A stretch of DNA of 64,000 nt from Alphaproteobacteria bacterium (GTDB lineage Bacteria > Pseudomonadota > Alphaproteobacteria > Micavibrionales > SZUA-601). A model generated the notes under the pieces. The model searched no databases, was not told where the DNA came from, and was given only the letters and a program-made list of their open reading frames with translations. The translations under genes and the position numbers were made by a program. Shown in pieces: positions 1 through 8,446 of the stretch (positions within the stretch are counted from its first letter, which is position 1; each line of letters begins with the position of its first letter). The stretch is taken from assembly GCA_965216395.1 (NCBI GenBank), contig OZ244156.1:1454674-1518673 (forward strand). The letters are read 5' to 3'.

Positions 1-426
1 ACAAGGCAGGTCACCCAGCGCCTTTAGTGTTTCGACCGCTTTGATATGGATATAACCCTGTCCCTTATCATCATCGGCACCGCGGGCATAAATTTTGCCA
101 TCACGGATTTCGGGTTCAAACGGGGGCGATGTCCAAAGATCAAGCGGATCGGCGGGTTGCACATCATAATGACCATAAATCAAAATCGTTTTTTTATGGG
201 GGTCGATTTCGGTTTCGCCATAAACAATTGGATGCCCATCCGTTGCGATAATTTCCGCCGTGACCGCGCCCGCTTTTAACATTGCTTGTTGATAAAATTG
301 GGCCATTGCCATCATATGCGACTGATAGGCGCGATCAGCACTCACCGATGGAATACGCAGCGCGTCAAAAAGTTCCTCTAAAAAACGGCTTTGATTTTCG
401 GTGATATAATTTTTAATGGACGTCAT
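1..426 (-). CDS. M20/M25/M40 family metallopeptidase (dipeptidase), 5' part; runs off window start
   Basis: Manual translation of the minus strand from ATG at 426: MTSIKNYITENQSRFLEELFDALRIPSVSAD...TILIYGHYDVQPADPLDLWTSPPFEPEIRDGKIYARGADDDKGQ. The YGHYDVQP and ARGADDDKG motifs are typical of M20 peptidases. Not in the supplied ORF track because it is truncated. Confidence 0.92.
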   Translation of the reverse strand, partial: MTSIKNYITENQSRFLEELFDALRIPSVSADRAYQSHMMAMAQFYQQAMLKAGAVTAEIIATDGHPIVYGETEIDPHKKTILIYGHYDVQPADPLDLWTSPPFEPEIRDGKIYARGADDDKGQGYIHIKAVETLKALGDLPC

Positions 427-453
427 AAAACGGGCTTCCTTTATTGGGGTTAT

Positions 454-484
454 TATTGACATATAATATGGATAATATTATGTT
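454..484 (+). promoter_or_regulatory. Extended sigma70-type promoter, TATTGACATA (454-463) + TATGTT (479-484)
   Basis: TTGACA at 456-461, 17-bp spacer, TATGTT; upstream of orphan ORF 535. Confidence 0.6.
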
Positions 485-534
485 GCGTTTAAGTATAATA
501 TGAATCGCAAAAATTGATAAAGGGGAAAAGCGTC

Positions 535-1347
535 ATGGCTCAGGTTCGACCCGTGCTTAAAAAAGCCCATAATTACCAATCAGACATGACAATCCCCAGT
601 GAGAAAATTATCCCATTTTATGATACGGTTAAGCTAAACGCCTTAGGTGTTTCAACAAAAATATTTCAAAATCTTGCTGATGATTTTAAACTTAAGAATA
701 TATCTTCCAAAGCGCCACATAGAAACGCGGCGCTATTTGCTGATACTGTGATTAAAATTTCAATTTTTGAAATTCAATATCATAATTTAATTTACACCGC
801 GCAACCGATTATTGAAATAAATGAAGATGGTCAAAACGCACGAATGAGCACCATGGTCTCATTGAATGAAACCATTGAAGCCAATAAAGGTGATCTAAAA
901 CAGTATAAAGCCAAACAAGAAAAAATCGCTGATTTATGTTGCAATGCAATGGCAGATTTTTACCAAGACATGTTGGAAAAAAATTTTAAATTTGAAGCAG
1001 AAAAAACAAAAGCCTTCAATATTTGGTCGATGGGCGTGAATGATAAAAATTTATTCCATTTAACACGTCAAGAGAATTGGGAAGAACAAACAGATACACA
1101 TAAATATTACGAAAAACTCTATAACCAAAACAAAGCGTTTGTGACATCAATTGACAATCCCAAATTGACCCAAGACCTATATGCATCAGGTGAAACCAAT
1201 CAACCGCTAACCACAAAGGCGATATGGGTGCTTAATCATAAATCAACAACCCAGTTGAATGCTACGGGATTAATCTGTGATCTCCCAGGCGAAAGAAATA
1301 TGGCACAGATAGCCGTAAATCAAATCAGTCCTTTTATCATACGTTGA
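535..1347 (+). CDS. Hypothetical protein, possibly a degenerate methionine synthase reactivation (Met_synt_B12) domain
   Basis: ORF of 270 aa from ATG 535 (AAGGGG SD upstream). By eye, IADLCCNAMADFY resembles MetH LADRLAEAFAEYL and ALFADTVIKI resembles RLFKDANDML. Remote, unverified. Confidence 0.45.
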   Translation: MAQVRPVLKKAHNYQSDMTIPSEKIIPFYDTVKLNALGVSTKIFQNLADDFKLKNISSKAPHRNAALFADTVIKISIFEIQYHNLIYTAQPIIEINEDGQNARMSTMVSLNETIEANKGDLKQYKAKQEKIADLCCNAMADFYQDMLEKNFKFEAEKTKAFNIWSMGVNDKNLFHLTRQENWEEQTDTHKYYEKLYNQNKAFVTSIDNPKLTQDLYASGETNQPLTTKAIWVLNHKSTTQLNATGLICDLPGERNMAQIAVNQISPFIIR

Positions 1348-1357
1348 ATAAAACGCA

Positions 1358-1900
1358 TCACGTCAGATACGCCATATACGCAAAAACACCCGTCACCCAC
1401 AAGGCGCTGAGGCCAAAAATTATAATCGAAGCGCGACCATGTAAAATCGCCTTTTCACGAAACATATTCCCACGACTAGCCAAGGCTTCGTTATATTTGT
1501 AATAAGGGGTACGGTATTTTTTACCATCTTCAAACAAAACAGGTTTTTCTTTTTTGACCGCTTCGTTAAAATAGGCCATGTAATAATCTTCTTTGAAAAA
1601 ATCGAAAATAGCACAGCGAAGAGCGGCAAAAAAGCTGAGCAGAAAACCTAAAATACTTACAACCATCAGATCATCAAAAAATCGATTATACACCACATAA
1701 TCGGCAAAAATATCCGTGCCGAGAAAGGTCATTAAAACAATTACGGCCGTCCCGTTCATTAACGCCATTAATCGGATTAAAAAAAACGCATAATTTGCAA
1801 GATTGCCATTATGGCGCCCCACTTCACGGTCTCTCTCAATTTGAAATTCTTGAAGGATTTTATCATATTCGGGATGTCTTTTCAGTTTTGGTTTGGCCAT
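1358..1900 (-). CDS. Hypothetical membrane protein
   Basis: 180-aa ORF with three hydrophobic segments; no family recognised. Confidence 0.6.
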   Translation of the reverse strand: MAKPKLKRHPEYDKILQEFQIERDREVGRHNGNLANYAFFLIRLMALMNGTAVIVLMTFLGTDIFADYVVYNRFFDDLMVVSILGFLLSFFAALRCAIFDFFKEDYYMAYFNEAVKKEKPVLFEDGKKYRTPYYKYNEALASRGNMFREKAILHGRASIIIFGLSALWVTGVFAYMAYLT

Positions 1901-1952
1901 GTTTAATCCATTCTTTCTTTAATAAAATGATCATTTCCAGTATAACCATCAC

Positions 1953-3008
1953 ATGACTATCAATCCAGATCAAATAAAAGGCAACACGATCAAGGCCGCC
2001 ATCAAAGCCAAAGGGAAAGAGATTGGTTTTGATGATCTTCGCGTTGGGCCACCGCTGGATTTATCCGATAAATTGGATACGTGGTTGGCCAAAGGATATC
2101 ATGGCACCATGGATTGGTTGGCGCGCAATCCAGAAATCCGCGCCAGTGCTAAAGCCATGTGGCCAGAGGTGCAATCAATTATTGCCGTAGGCCTCAATTA
2201 CGGGCCTGATCATAATCCCTTGCCCGAAATGGAGGACACATCATCGGGTTATATTTCTGTTTATGCGCGCGGCGATGATTATCATGATGTATTGAAGAAA
2301 AGACTGAAACAATTGGGGCGCTGGTTAGCGCAAACCTATGAATGTGAACTCAAAGTTTTTGTCGATACGGCGCCGGTGATGGAAAAACCCCATGCCCATG
2401 GTGCGGGTTTAGGATGGCAGGGCAAACACACCAATCTGGTTTCACGTAGCCACGGTTCCTATTTATTTTTAGGCATTATTTACACCACGCTTAAACTCCC
2501 CTTTGACGAGGAAGAAACCGATCATTGTGGGTCATGTCGAAAATGTTTGGATATTTGCCCCACCAAGGCTTTTCCCCAACCCTATGTTTTGGATGCACGC
2601 CGATGTATTTCTTATCTGACCATTGAACATAAGGGCTCCATCCCGATGGAATTCCGTAAAGCCATGGGTAATCGGATTTATGGCTGTGATGATTGCTTGG
2701 CCGTGTGTCCATGGAATAAATTTGCCACCCAAGCGACAGAAGCGAAATTCCATCATCGTGAGAATTTAACCGCCCCGCGTTTAAAAACCCTCGCCCAATT
2801 AGATGATACAAATTTTCGGGCGATGTTTAAAAAATCACCCATCAAACGTATTGGTCGGGATCGTTTTGTCCGTAATGTCTTAATCGCGATTGGCAATAGT
2901 CATGACGCCGATCTGATTCCCGTGGCCACACAATTGACACGAGACCCCAATCCAATCATTGCCGAAACCGCGCACTGGGCGGTAGAGGAATTAAAACAGA
3001 TGGCTTAA
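1953..3008 (+). CDS. queG: tRNA epoxyqueuosine(34) reductase
   Basis: YARGDDYH, FVDTAPVMEK, two Fe-S motifs (CGSCRKCLDICPT; RCISYLTIE...IYGCDDCLAVCPWN). Confidence 0.95.
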   Translation: MTINPDQIKGNTIKAAIKAKGKEIGFDDLRVGPPLDLSDKLDTWLAKGYHGTMDWLARNPEIRASAKAMWPEVQSIIAVGLNYGPDHNPLPEMEDTSSGYISVYARGDDYHDVLKKRLKQLGRWLAQTYECELKVFVDTAPVMEKPHAHGAGLGWQGKHTNLVSRSHGSYLFLGIIYTTLKLPFDEEETDHCGSCRKCLDICPTKAFPQPYVLDARRCISYLTIEHKGSIPMEFRKAMGNRIYGCDDCLAVCPWNKFATQATEAKFHHRENLTAPRLKTLAQLDDTNFRAMFKKSPIKRIGRDRFVRNVLIAIGNSHDADLIPVATQLTRDPNPIIAETAHWAVEELKQMA

Positions 3009-3016
3009 ATTTTTAA

Positions 3017-3047
3017 TATTGACATAACATGTGTAATAAGATAGCAT
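3017..3047 (+). promoter_or_regulatory. Extended sigma70-type promoter, TATTGACATA (3017-3026) + TAGCAT (3042-3047)
   Basis: TTGACA at 3019-3024, 17-bp spacer; upstream of orphan ORF 3081. Confidence 0.6.
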
Positions 3048-3080
3048 GGTCGAAGATTAATAAAATTTTGGAAACTAGAA

Positions 3081-3560
3081 GTGGCACAGCAAGAAGAAAA
3101 AAGATTTAATAGTAAAACCCCCCTTTTAATGCTTGAATTCATAGCAGGTACGAGTATTTGTGTTGGTTTTATTGCTGATCAAAGTTTTAAAGTTCTAAGC
3201 GAATCCTATAATGATAGAGAATTCTATAATACGGTAATACAAAAAGCTGAATTAAAGATTTTAGAATCTGAAGCAAGTATCGAAAATACAAAAAACATAA
3301 ACCTTATTAAATATTACAAAGAAAATATTAGTGTTAGCAAAGAGGTTATAAATATTGCTCAGAACAATATTAATCCACTAACCGACACCTACCATAATAC
3401 AGCCATCTTGACTAGCGTAGCTATTGGTATTGCGATATCTGGGATGCTTCTCAAAGAGTTTAGTGAAAATATCCTTGGTGCTACTGATAAACTCAACAAA
3501 GACGTTGTAAATTTCATTACCGCGCCATTTAGGAAAAAATCTAACACACCAAAACCATAG
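3081..3560 (+). CDS. Hypothetical two-TM/coiled-coil protein ending KSNTPKP; probable paralog of 58835-59494
   Basis: 159-aa AT-rich ORF (GTG start), two hydrophobic segments flanking a charged helical region. Confidence 0.65.
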   Translation: MAQQEEKRFNSKTPLLMLEFIAGTSICVGFIADQSFKVLSESYNDREFYNTVIQKAELKILESEASIENTKNINLIKYYKENISVSKEVINIAQNNINPLTDTYHNTAILTSVAIGIAISGMLLKEFSENILGATDKLNKDVVNFITAPFRKKSNTPKP

Positions 3561-3577
3561 TTTTAAAAACTCTCAAT

Positions 3578-4252
3578 TTACTTTTTCCTATTAAATAAGG
3601 GAAAAGCAAGCAATCCGCTTAAAAATCCGCCAATATGTGCCAGCCAGGCGACGCTGATACTGGGGTCATCGACCACACCAATCAAGCCAAAAACGATATT
3701 AATACCGACCCAAATGATGGTGATGGGCATTAATCCGCGCCATCCGGGTTTGAAACGACCCATATTTTGCATGATCCGTAAGATGACACCAAAGAGACCA
3801 CTAATCGCCGCGGAGGCGCCCACCACCGGCACCATAGATTGTGGATAGGCCACAAAATGGGTAACCACGCCCGCCAAGCCACAGATCACAAAAAGACCGA
3901 GCAGTTTTTGACCGCCCATAGAACGCTCCACCGCTGTACCAAAAGCAAGTAACGACATCGTATTAAGTAAAAAATGTGTCCAGCCAATATGTAACCCCAT
4001 ATAGGTAAACATCGTCATGATATTAATCCCCAACAAAGATGGTGTCAGATTGGACAGATCACTTAAACGATGGGGAATAAAACCGACCGCATAGACAAAA
4101 AAGAGATCCTGTTGCGGCGTCAAAACACAAACCCGTATCAAATGAATCAGGGCTAAGATGGCCATTAGAATCCCCGTCACCCGCGGAATATTGAACAATG
4201 GCTCATGCGGGATTGGTTGATTATTTTTATCTTCTCTTTGATTATCCACCAT
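3578..4252 (-). CDS. Rhomboid family intramembrane serine protease
   Basis: H...H...N motif (LHIGWTHFLLN), GASAAISG catalytic Ser, AHIGG catalytic His. Confidence 0.92.
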   Translation of the reverse strand: MVDNQREDKNNQPIPHEPLFNIPRVTGILMAILALIHLIRVCVLTPQQDLFFVYAVGFIPHRLSDLSNLTPSLLGINIMTMFTYMGLHIGWTHFLLNTMSLLAFGTAVERSMGGQKLLGLFVICGLAGVVTHFVAYPQSMVPVVGASAAISGLFGVILRIMQNMGRFKPGWRGLMPITIIWVGINIVFGLIGVVDDPSISVAWLAHIGGFLSGLLAFPLFNRKK

Positions 4253-4257
4253 TTTTT

Positions 4258-4809
4258 TTAGGCTCTTTTTAAAATATCTTTGACCAAATTCATCGTGTCA
4301 AAAGGCGGTGCTTTTTGCATCACTTGCACCGCCGACATCAACCCTTCAAAAATAATAAAAAGTTTATAGGAGAGTGTGTCGGGGTCGGCCACACCCATTT
4401 CTTGGGCGAGTGAATAAAACATCCCCAATTCCCATTTTTTGAATTTTTGACACGATTGAATGATCGCCGTGTCTTTATCGGCAAATTCGCTCACCGCACT
4501 GACCACTAAACATCCGCAAAATTTTGGCTTAGAGAATTTAATATTAATGTAATCAAAAATAGCGATCACTTTATCTTGTGGAGATTTTGGCCGTGCTAAA
4601 ATAACGCGCATATCACGTTTGAACTGATCACGATACTGATCCATCACAGCCACGATCAGATCATTTTTACTAGGAAAATATTTGTACAAAGTGCGTTTAG
4701 ATACTTTGGCATGGGCCAAAATCATATCGATTCCCGTCGCGTAAAAGCCATTTTCACTAAACAACGCGGATGCGGTATCAATAATTTGTTGTTCTTTGGT
4801 TTTTTGCAT
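4258..4809 (-). CDS. TetR/AcrR family transcriptional regulator (NemR/ComR-like)
   Basis: N-terminal HTH (GFYATGIDMILAHAKVSKRTLYKYFPSKNDL) and GCLVV motif. Confidence 0.92.
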   Translation of the reverse strand: MQKTKEQQIIDTASALFSENGFYATGIDMILAHAKVSKRTLYKYFPSKNDLIVAVMDQYRDQFKRDMRVILARPKSPQDKVIAIFDYINIKFSKPKFCGCLVVSAVSEFADKDTAIIQSCQKFKKWELGMFYSLAQEMGVADPDTLSYKLFIIFEGLMSAVQVMQKAPPFDTMNLVKDILKRA

Positions 4810-4902
4810 GATTTTTATGTCAGTTTATTCAGTCTGATTTAAGTATACGCAAATTCTACCCCATGTAAACAGAATTGTGTACAAAAAGAAGCCGCTTATG
4901 CC

Positions 4903-4931
4903 TTGACAATATGTATACCGATCTGTATACT
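4903..4931 (+). promoter_or_regulatory. sigma70 promoter TTGACA-N17-TATACT overlapped by palindromic operator GTATAC-N6-GTATAC (4913-4930)
   Basis: Read directly. A degenerate second copy GTAAAC-N6-GTGTAC lies at 4865-4882, between the divergent TetR and CMD genes. Confidence 0.7.
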
Positions 4932-4968
4932 TTGATTCCAATAAACATTTAACCAAAGGATATTTATC

Positions 4969-5535
4969 ATGCCACGCATTCAACCCCTCACAAATCCAAC
5001 AGGTCAATCGGCCGAGCTGCTTGAAAATTTACGCAAAAATGTTGGTAAAGACCTCAATATTTTCACCACAATGGCGCATTCGCCCGCTGCTTTGAAAAGC
5101 TATATGGATTTTTCTGGGAATTTAAAAAATGGCGCTTTGGACGGACAGACTTTAGAAATTATTGCCTTAACATGTGCTGGTTACAATAAATGTAATTATT
5201 GCGCTTCGGCGCATAGTGTGATGGCGGAAAAAGCTGGATTGAACAAGGACCAAATTAAACATGCTTTGAACGGATCCTGTGATTGTAATGACCAAAGCAA
5301 AGCTGTGGTTAATTTCACAAAATCTCTGCTTAAAAACCATGGACAGGTGAATGATCAAGACGTTCAATCTGTTCAGGATGCTGGTTTTAATCAGCAACAG
5401 ATCATTGAAATGATCGCCGCAACATCATTGAACATTTTTACTAATTATTTTAACGAAGTCGCACAAACAGAGATTGATTTTCCAAAAGTTGAAACTTGTA
5501 ATGACGAAACATGTGGATGTAAAAACGCCGCATAA
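4969..5535 (+). CDS. Carboxymuconolactone decarboxylase/AhpD family peroxidase-related protein
   Basis: EIIALTCAGYNKCNYCASAH (CxxC...H) motif; N-terminal MPRIQPL; C-terminal NYFN...TEIDFP. Confidence 0.88.
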   Translation: MPRIQPLTNPTGQSAELLENLRKNVGKDLNIFTTMAHSPAALKSYMDFSGNLKNGALDGQTLEIIALTCAGYNKCNYCASAHSVMAEKAGLNKDQIKHALNGSCDCNDQSKAVVNFTKSLLKNHGQVNDQDVQSVQDAGFNQQQIIEMIAATSLNIFTNYFNEVAQTEIDFPKVETCNDETCGCKNAA

Positions 5536-5557
5536 TACAGGTTAAAAACTTTAAATT

Positions 5558-5589
5558 AAAAACAGGCGCTATAAAGCGCCTGTTTTTTT
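5558..5589. terminator. Intrinsic (likely bidirectional) terminator
   Basis: AAAAACAGGCGCT-ATAA-AGCGCCTGTTTTTTT. Confidence 0.85.
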
Positions 5590-5616
5590 GCAATTATATC
5601 TGATATACACGCTCTT

Positions 5617-6777
5617 ATGCGTAATATTAAACTGCTTTATATTTTTTCCTTCATGCGGCGGTTTCGTCTCTATGAAGCTTTTGCGATTGTTTATTACGCC
5701 GATATTGCTAATTCGTATACATTGGGGATGTCGGTCTTTGCGATTCACGCGTTTTCAACCGCTTTGTTAGAGGTACCAACAGGTATTCTTTCAGATAAAA
5801 TTGGGCGTAAGAAAACGCTGATTTTATCGACTGTTTTTTATACAATTTCGACCCTGATTTTCGCACTGGCGCAAGATTATATTCATCTTGTTTTTGGGGC
5901 CGTATTTGTTGCTTTGGGATATTCAACCATCAGCGGTACGGATAATGCTTTCATCTTTGAAATCTTGAAAAAAGAAAAAAAGCAACAGATGTATCATCAA
6001 TATAAGGGCACCTATGATGCGCTCAGCAAAGGTGCCCTTTGCTTATCGGCCATGATGGGCGGTGGATTGGTCTTATTTTTACCCATTCGCGCCCTCTATT
6101 TTATAACCTGTGTAACAACCGCTTTATCGGTTATTACGCTTTTTCCCTTAGAAGACATACAGCAAAAAACCGTGTCAAAAAGATCGGTGGGAACCTATCT
6201 GCATTATCTTTCTGCTTTGCGAAAGATCCGCCGCAACATAAAACTCAAAAACCTGACCTTCGCACAAATCATCAGTATGGGTATCGGCAATGCCACATGG
6301 CGTTTTCGTGCCAGTTTTGTTAAAGTTTTTTGGCCCTTATGGGCGATTGGGGTTTTGGAAACCGCATCCCAAATATTTTCGGTGATCGGTTTTCACTGGG
6401 GTCATAAAATTATTGATCGATGGGGTCATAAGAAACCGATTATTGGTCATGAATTAACCAACACATTGGCCATCGCTGCGGCGTTTTTGAGTAACTCCAT
6501 TCTCTCGCCCGCCTTACTGGCGATTGCGAATTTGACCTATCCCTATAAAACCTTGGCGATGGATCATCTGTTTCAAAAATCTTTTGATAATCAAAAACGC
6601 GCCACGATGGGTTCTATCGTCAGTTTTGGGGGCAATCTCCTCTATGCGATTTTTGCCGTGATTATGGGCGGCGTGGCTGATCTTTACGGTGTCCCCACGG
6701 CCATATTGATCGCCGGTTTTACCCAGTTAAGCGCCCTGGTTTTCTATCAACGCGCCTTTAAAGATCATATGGTTTAA
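5617..6777 (+). CDS. MFS transporter
   Basis: About 12 hydrophobic segments; EVPTGILSDKIGRK (MFS motif A) and SGTDNAFIFE. Confidence 0.88.
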   Translation: MRNIKLLYIFSFMRRFRLYEAFAIVYYADIANSYTLGMSVFAIHAFSTALLEVPTGILSDKIGRKKTLILSTVFYTISTLIFALAQDYIHLVFGAVFVALGYSTISGTDNAFIFEILKKEKKQQMYHQYKGTYDALSKGALCLSAMMGGGLVLFLPIRALYFITCVTTALSVITLFPLEDIQQKTVSKRSVGTYLHYLSALRKIRRNIKLKNLTFAQIISMGIGNATWRFRASFVKVFWPLWAIGVLETASQIFSVIGFHWGHKIIDRWGHKKPIIGHELTNTLAIAAAFLSNSILSPALLAIANLTYPYKTLAMDHLFQKSFDNQKRATMGSIVSFGGNLLYAIFAVIMGGVADLYGVPTAILIAGFTQLSALVFYQRAFKDHMV

Positions 6778-8191
6778 AAACTTTTTGACCCATCATTAAA
6801 AACACGAAACCGAATATTGGCCCCGCCAAAGAAGACAAGACGATTAAATCTGTCTGTTCAGAAATATTGGCATAAATCGAAAGGGGCAAGGAAAAGAGCA
6901 TACCACCCCAAATCGAGACCAATAAGGCTTTGGCTTTTATCTGAGGAAATAACACACTGGCGAAGGTGGGTACAAAACCCGTGGCCGCCACCGTGCCATA
7001 GATAAAAAACACCCATAATAATTTCGGTTGTAATAACGAAATACTTAAACCCAATATCGCCACCACCACCATAAATCGGCGTGAGAATGTTAAAATCTGA
7101 TCAGGGGCGGCGTGGTTGTCGAAATAAGATTGATAAAAATCAATCGCGCCAATCGCACTTAAACCACAGAATGCAGAATCCAACGTGGAACACAAACCCG
7201 CAAACGCCATAAGCAGAAATAAATAAAGCGCCCAGCGTGGCAACAAATATTCAATCACGGCCACGCCAACCATTTCTGGATTTGTGCCCAAATCAATCCC
7301 TTGATGGGCAAGTGTGACACCGATAAAACCCAACAGGCTCAGCATAATCGGCACCACCCCAAAAATCAAACCCCCACGCATAAAAACGCGGCGAATATGG
7401 TGTTGTTGAATCGCCAAGGCGCGTTGGTGAAACATTTGATCTGAAAGAGGGCCGGCCAATAAAGAAATCGTAATCGGAATCCCCATTGTATAGGCAATTT
7501 TACTGTTTAATATATCCCCAAATTCACCCGTCACACCGGCCAAACCCGATGTCACAGTTTCGATACCACCACTGGCAAAAATCGCCCAAGGAATCAAAAG
7601 TCCGCCAATCACAATAATCATTAACATTTGTAATATATCGGTCATCACCGATGCGCGTAAACCGCTGACCCAACAATAAGAAAGCGCAATAAAAACCATA
7701 GCGATCATGGTTACGCGCGGGTCAACACCACTGACCATATGCAAGAGCGCCCCCCCGGCCACCGCGTTAATGACAATCGCCCCAGTTTGATAAAGTAAAG
7801 CAATCATCGCAAAAGAAAGATGCAGCCATTGTGCGTTTGGAAAACGGGTGCGGATATAATGGGAAAACGTGTAACCCGCCGGCATCATTGTCCGAAAACG
7901 GATTGCAAAAAACGCAAAGACGAAAAAACATATAATATTGGGTGCAATAAACCAAAACGCACCGGGCAACCCTTTTTGATAAGATTGCAAAGATGCAATA
8001 AAAATCGCCGGCGCCCAAACCCAACTGACCGCAATACTGAAAGCCCCATGCCATGGGCTTAACTTTCGATCTGCGACCAAAAACCTATCCAAATTGGTTG
8101 CTTTTTTACGGGTTAATAACACCACGCCTAATGACGCGACATAAAATATAAGGGTAAGAATAAGGGTTTCATAAAAAGATAAAAATGCCAT
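6758..8191 (-). CDS. Sodium:solute symporter family transporter (DUR3-like urea/polyamine type)
   Basis: FLVADRKL, SIAVSWVWA, GLRASVMTDILQ, STLDSA motifs. Start placed at ATG 8191, which has GGAGG 8 nt upstream. Confidence 0.85.
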   Translation of the reverse strand: MAFLSFYETLILTLIFYVASLGVVLLTRKKATNLDRFLVADRKLSPWHGAFSIAVSWVWAPAIFIASLQSYQKGLPGAFWFIAPNIICFFVFAFFAIRFRTMMPAGYTFSHYIRTRFPNAQWLHLSFAMIALLYQTGAIVINAVAGGALLHMVSGVDPRVTMIAMVFIALSYCWVSGLRASVMTDILQMLMIIVIGGLLIPWAIFASGGIETVTSGLAGVTGEFGDILNSKIAYTMGIPITISLLAGPLSDQMFHQRALAIQQHHIRRVFMRGGLIFGVVPIMLSLLGFIGVTLAHQGIDLGTNPEMVGVAVIEYLLPRWALYLFLLMAFAGLCSTLDSAFCGLSAIGAIDFYQSYFDNHAAPDQILTFSRRFMVVVAILGLSISLLQPKLLWVFFIYGTVAATGFVPTFASVLFPQIKAKALLVSIWGGMLFSLPLSIYANISEQTDLIVLSSLAGPIFGFVFLMMGQKVFKPYDL

Positions 8192-8370
8192 GACGCATGC
8201 CTCCACCATTGTCACAAATGTCTCAAACATTTGTGTGTTGCAAAGCCCGTTATTCACCCATGAATAACGGTTCTTTATTGCGTCACATCATTCTCGATAA
8301 TGATATGCGGTTTCAGCGATGCTTGGCTTTTAAGGCCGGCATGTTCTCAACAACACACGCATCAGCCCCT
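8191..8370 (-). promoter_or_regulatory. Structured 5' leader with uORF MRVLLRTCRP* (8362-8330); candidate attenuator or riboswitch
   Basis: Perfect hairpins at 8213-8235 (9 bp), 8247-8270 (10 bp) and 8287-8304 (6 bp); competing long-range helices 8233-8240/8351-8358 and 8191-8197/8279-8285. Confidence 0.55.
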
Positions 8371-8446
8371 TGTTTTTAGAATATTTCCTATGGAAAAACA
8401 AGTTTTTTTGTATCTTTGGGAACAGTGTTGTACACTCACCCTTGTT

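Noticed and set aside
8191-8370. TPP, guanidine, yybP-ykoY or SAM-I riboswitch upstream of the symporter
   Set aside because: The conserved cores (CUGAGA...ACCUG; the ykkC 3' CGGCGGGA...; GGGGAGUA; GCAACC) are not present. Kept only as an unassigned structured leader.
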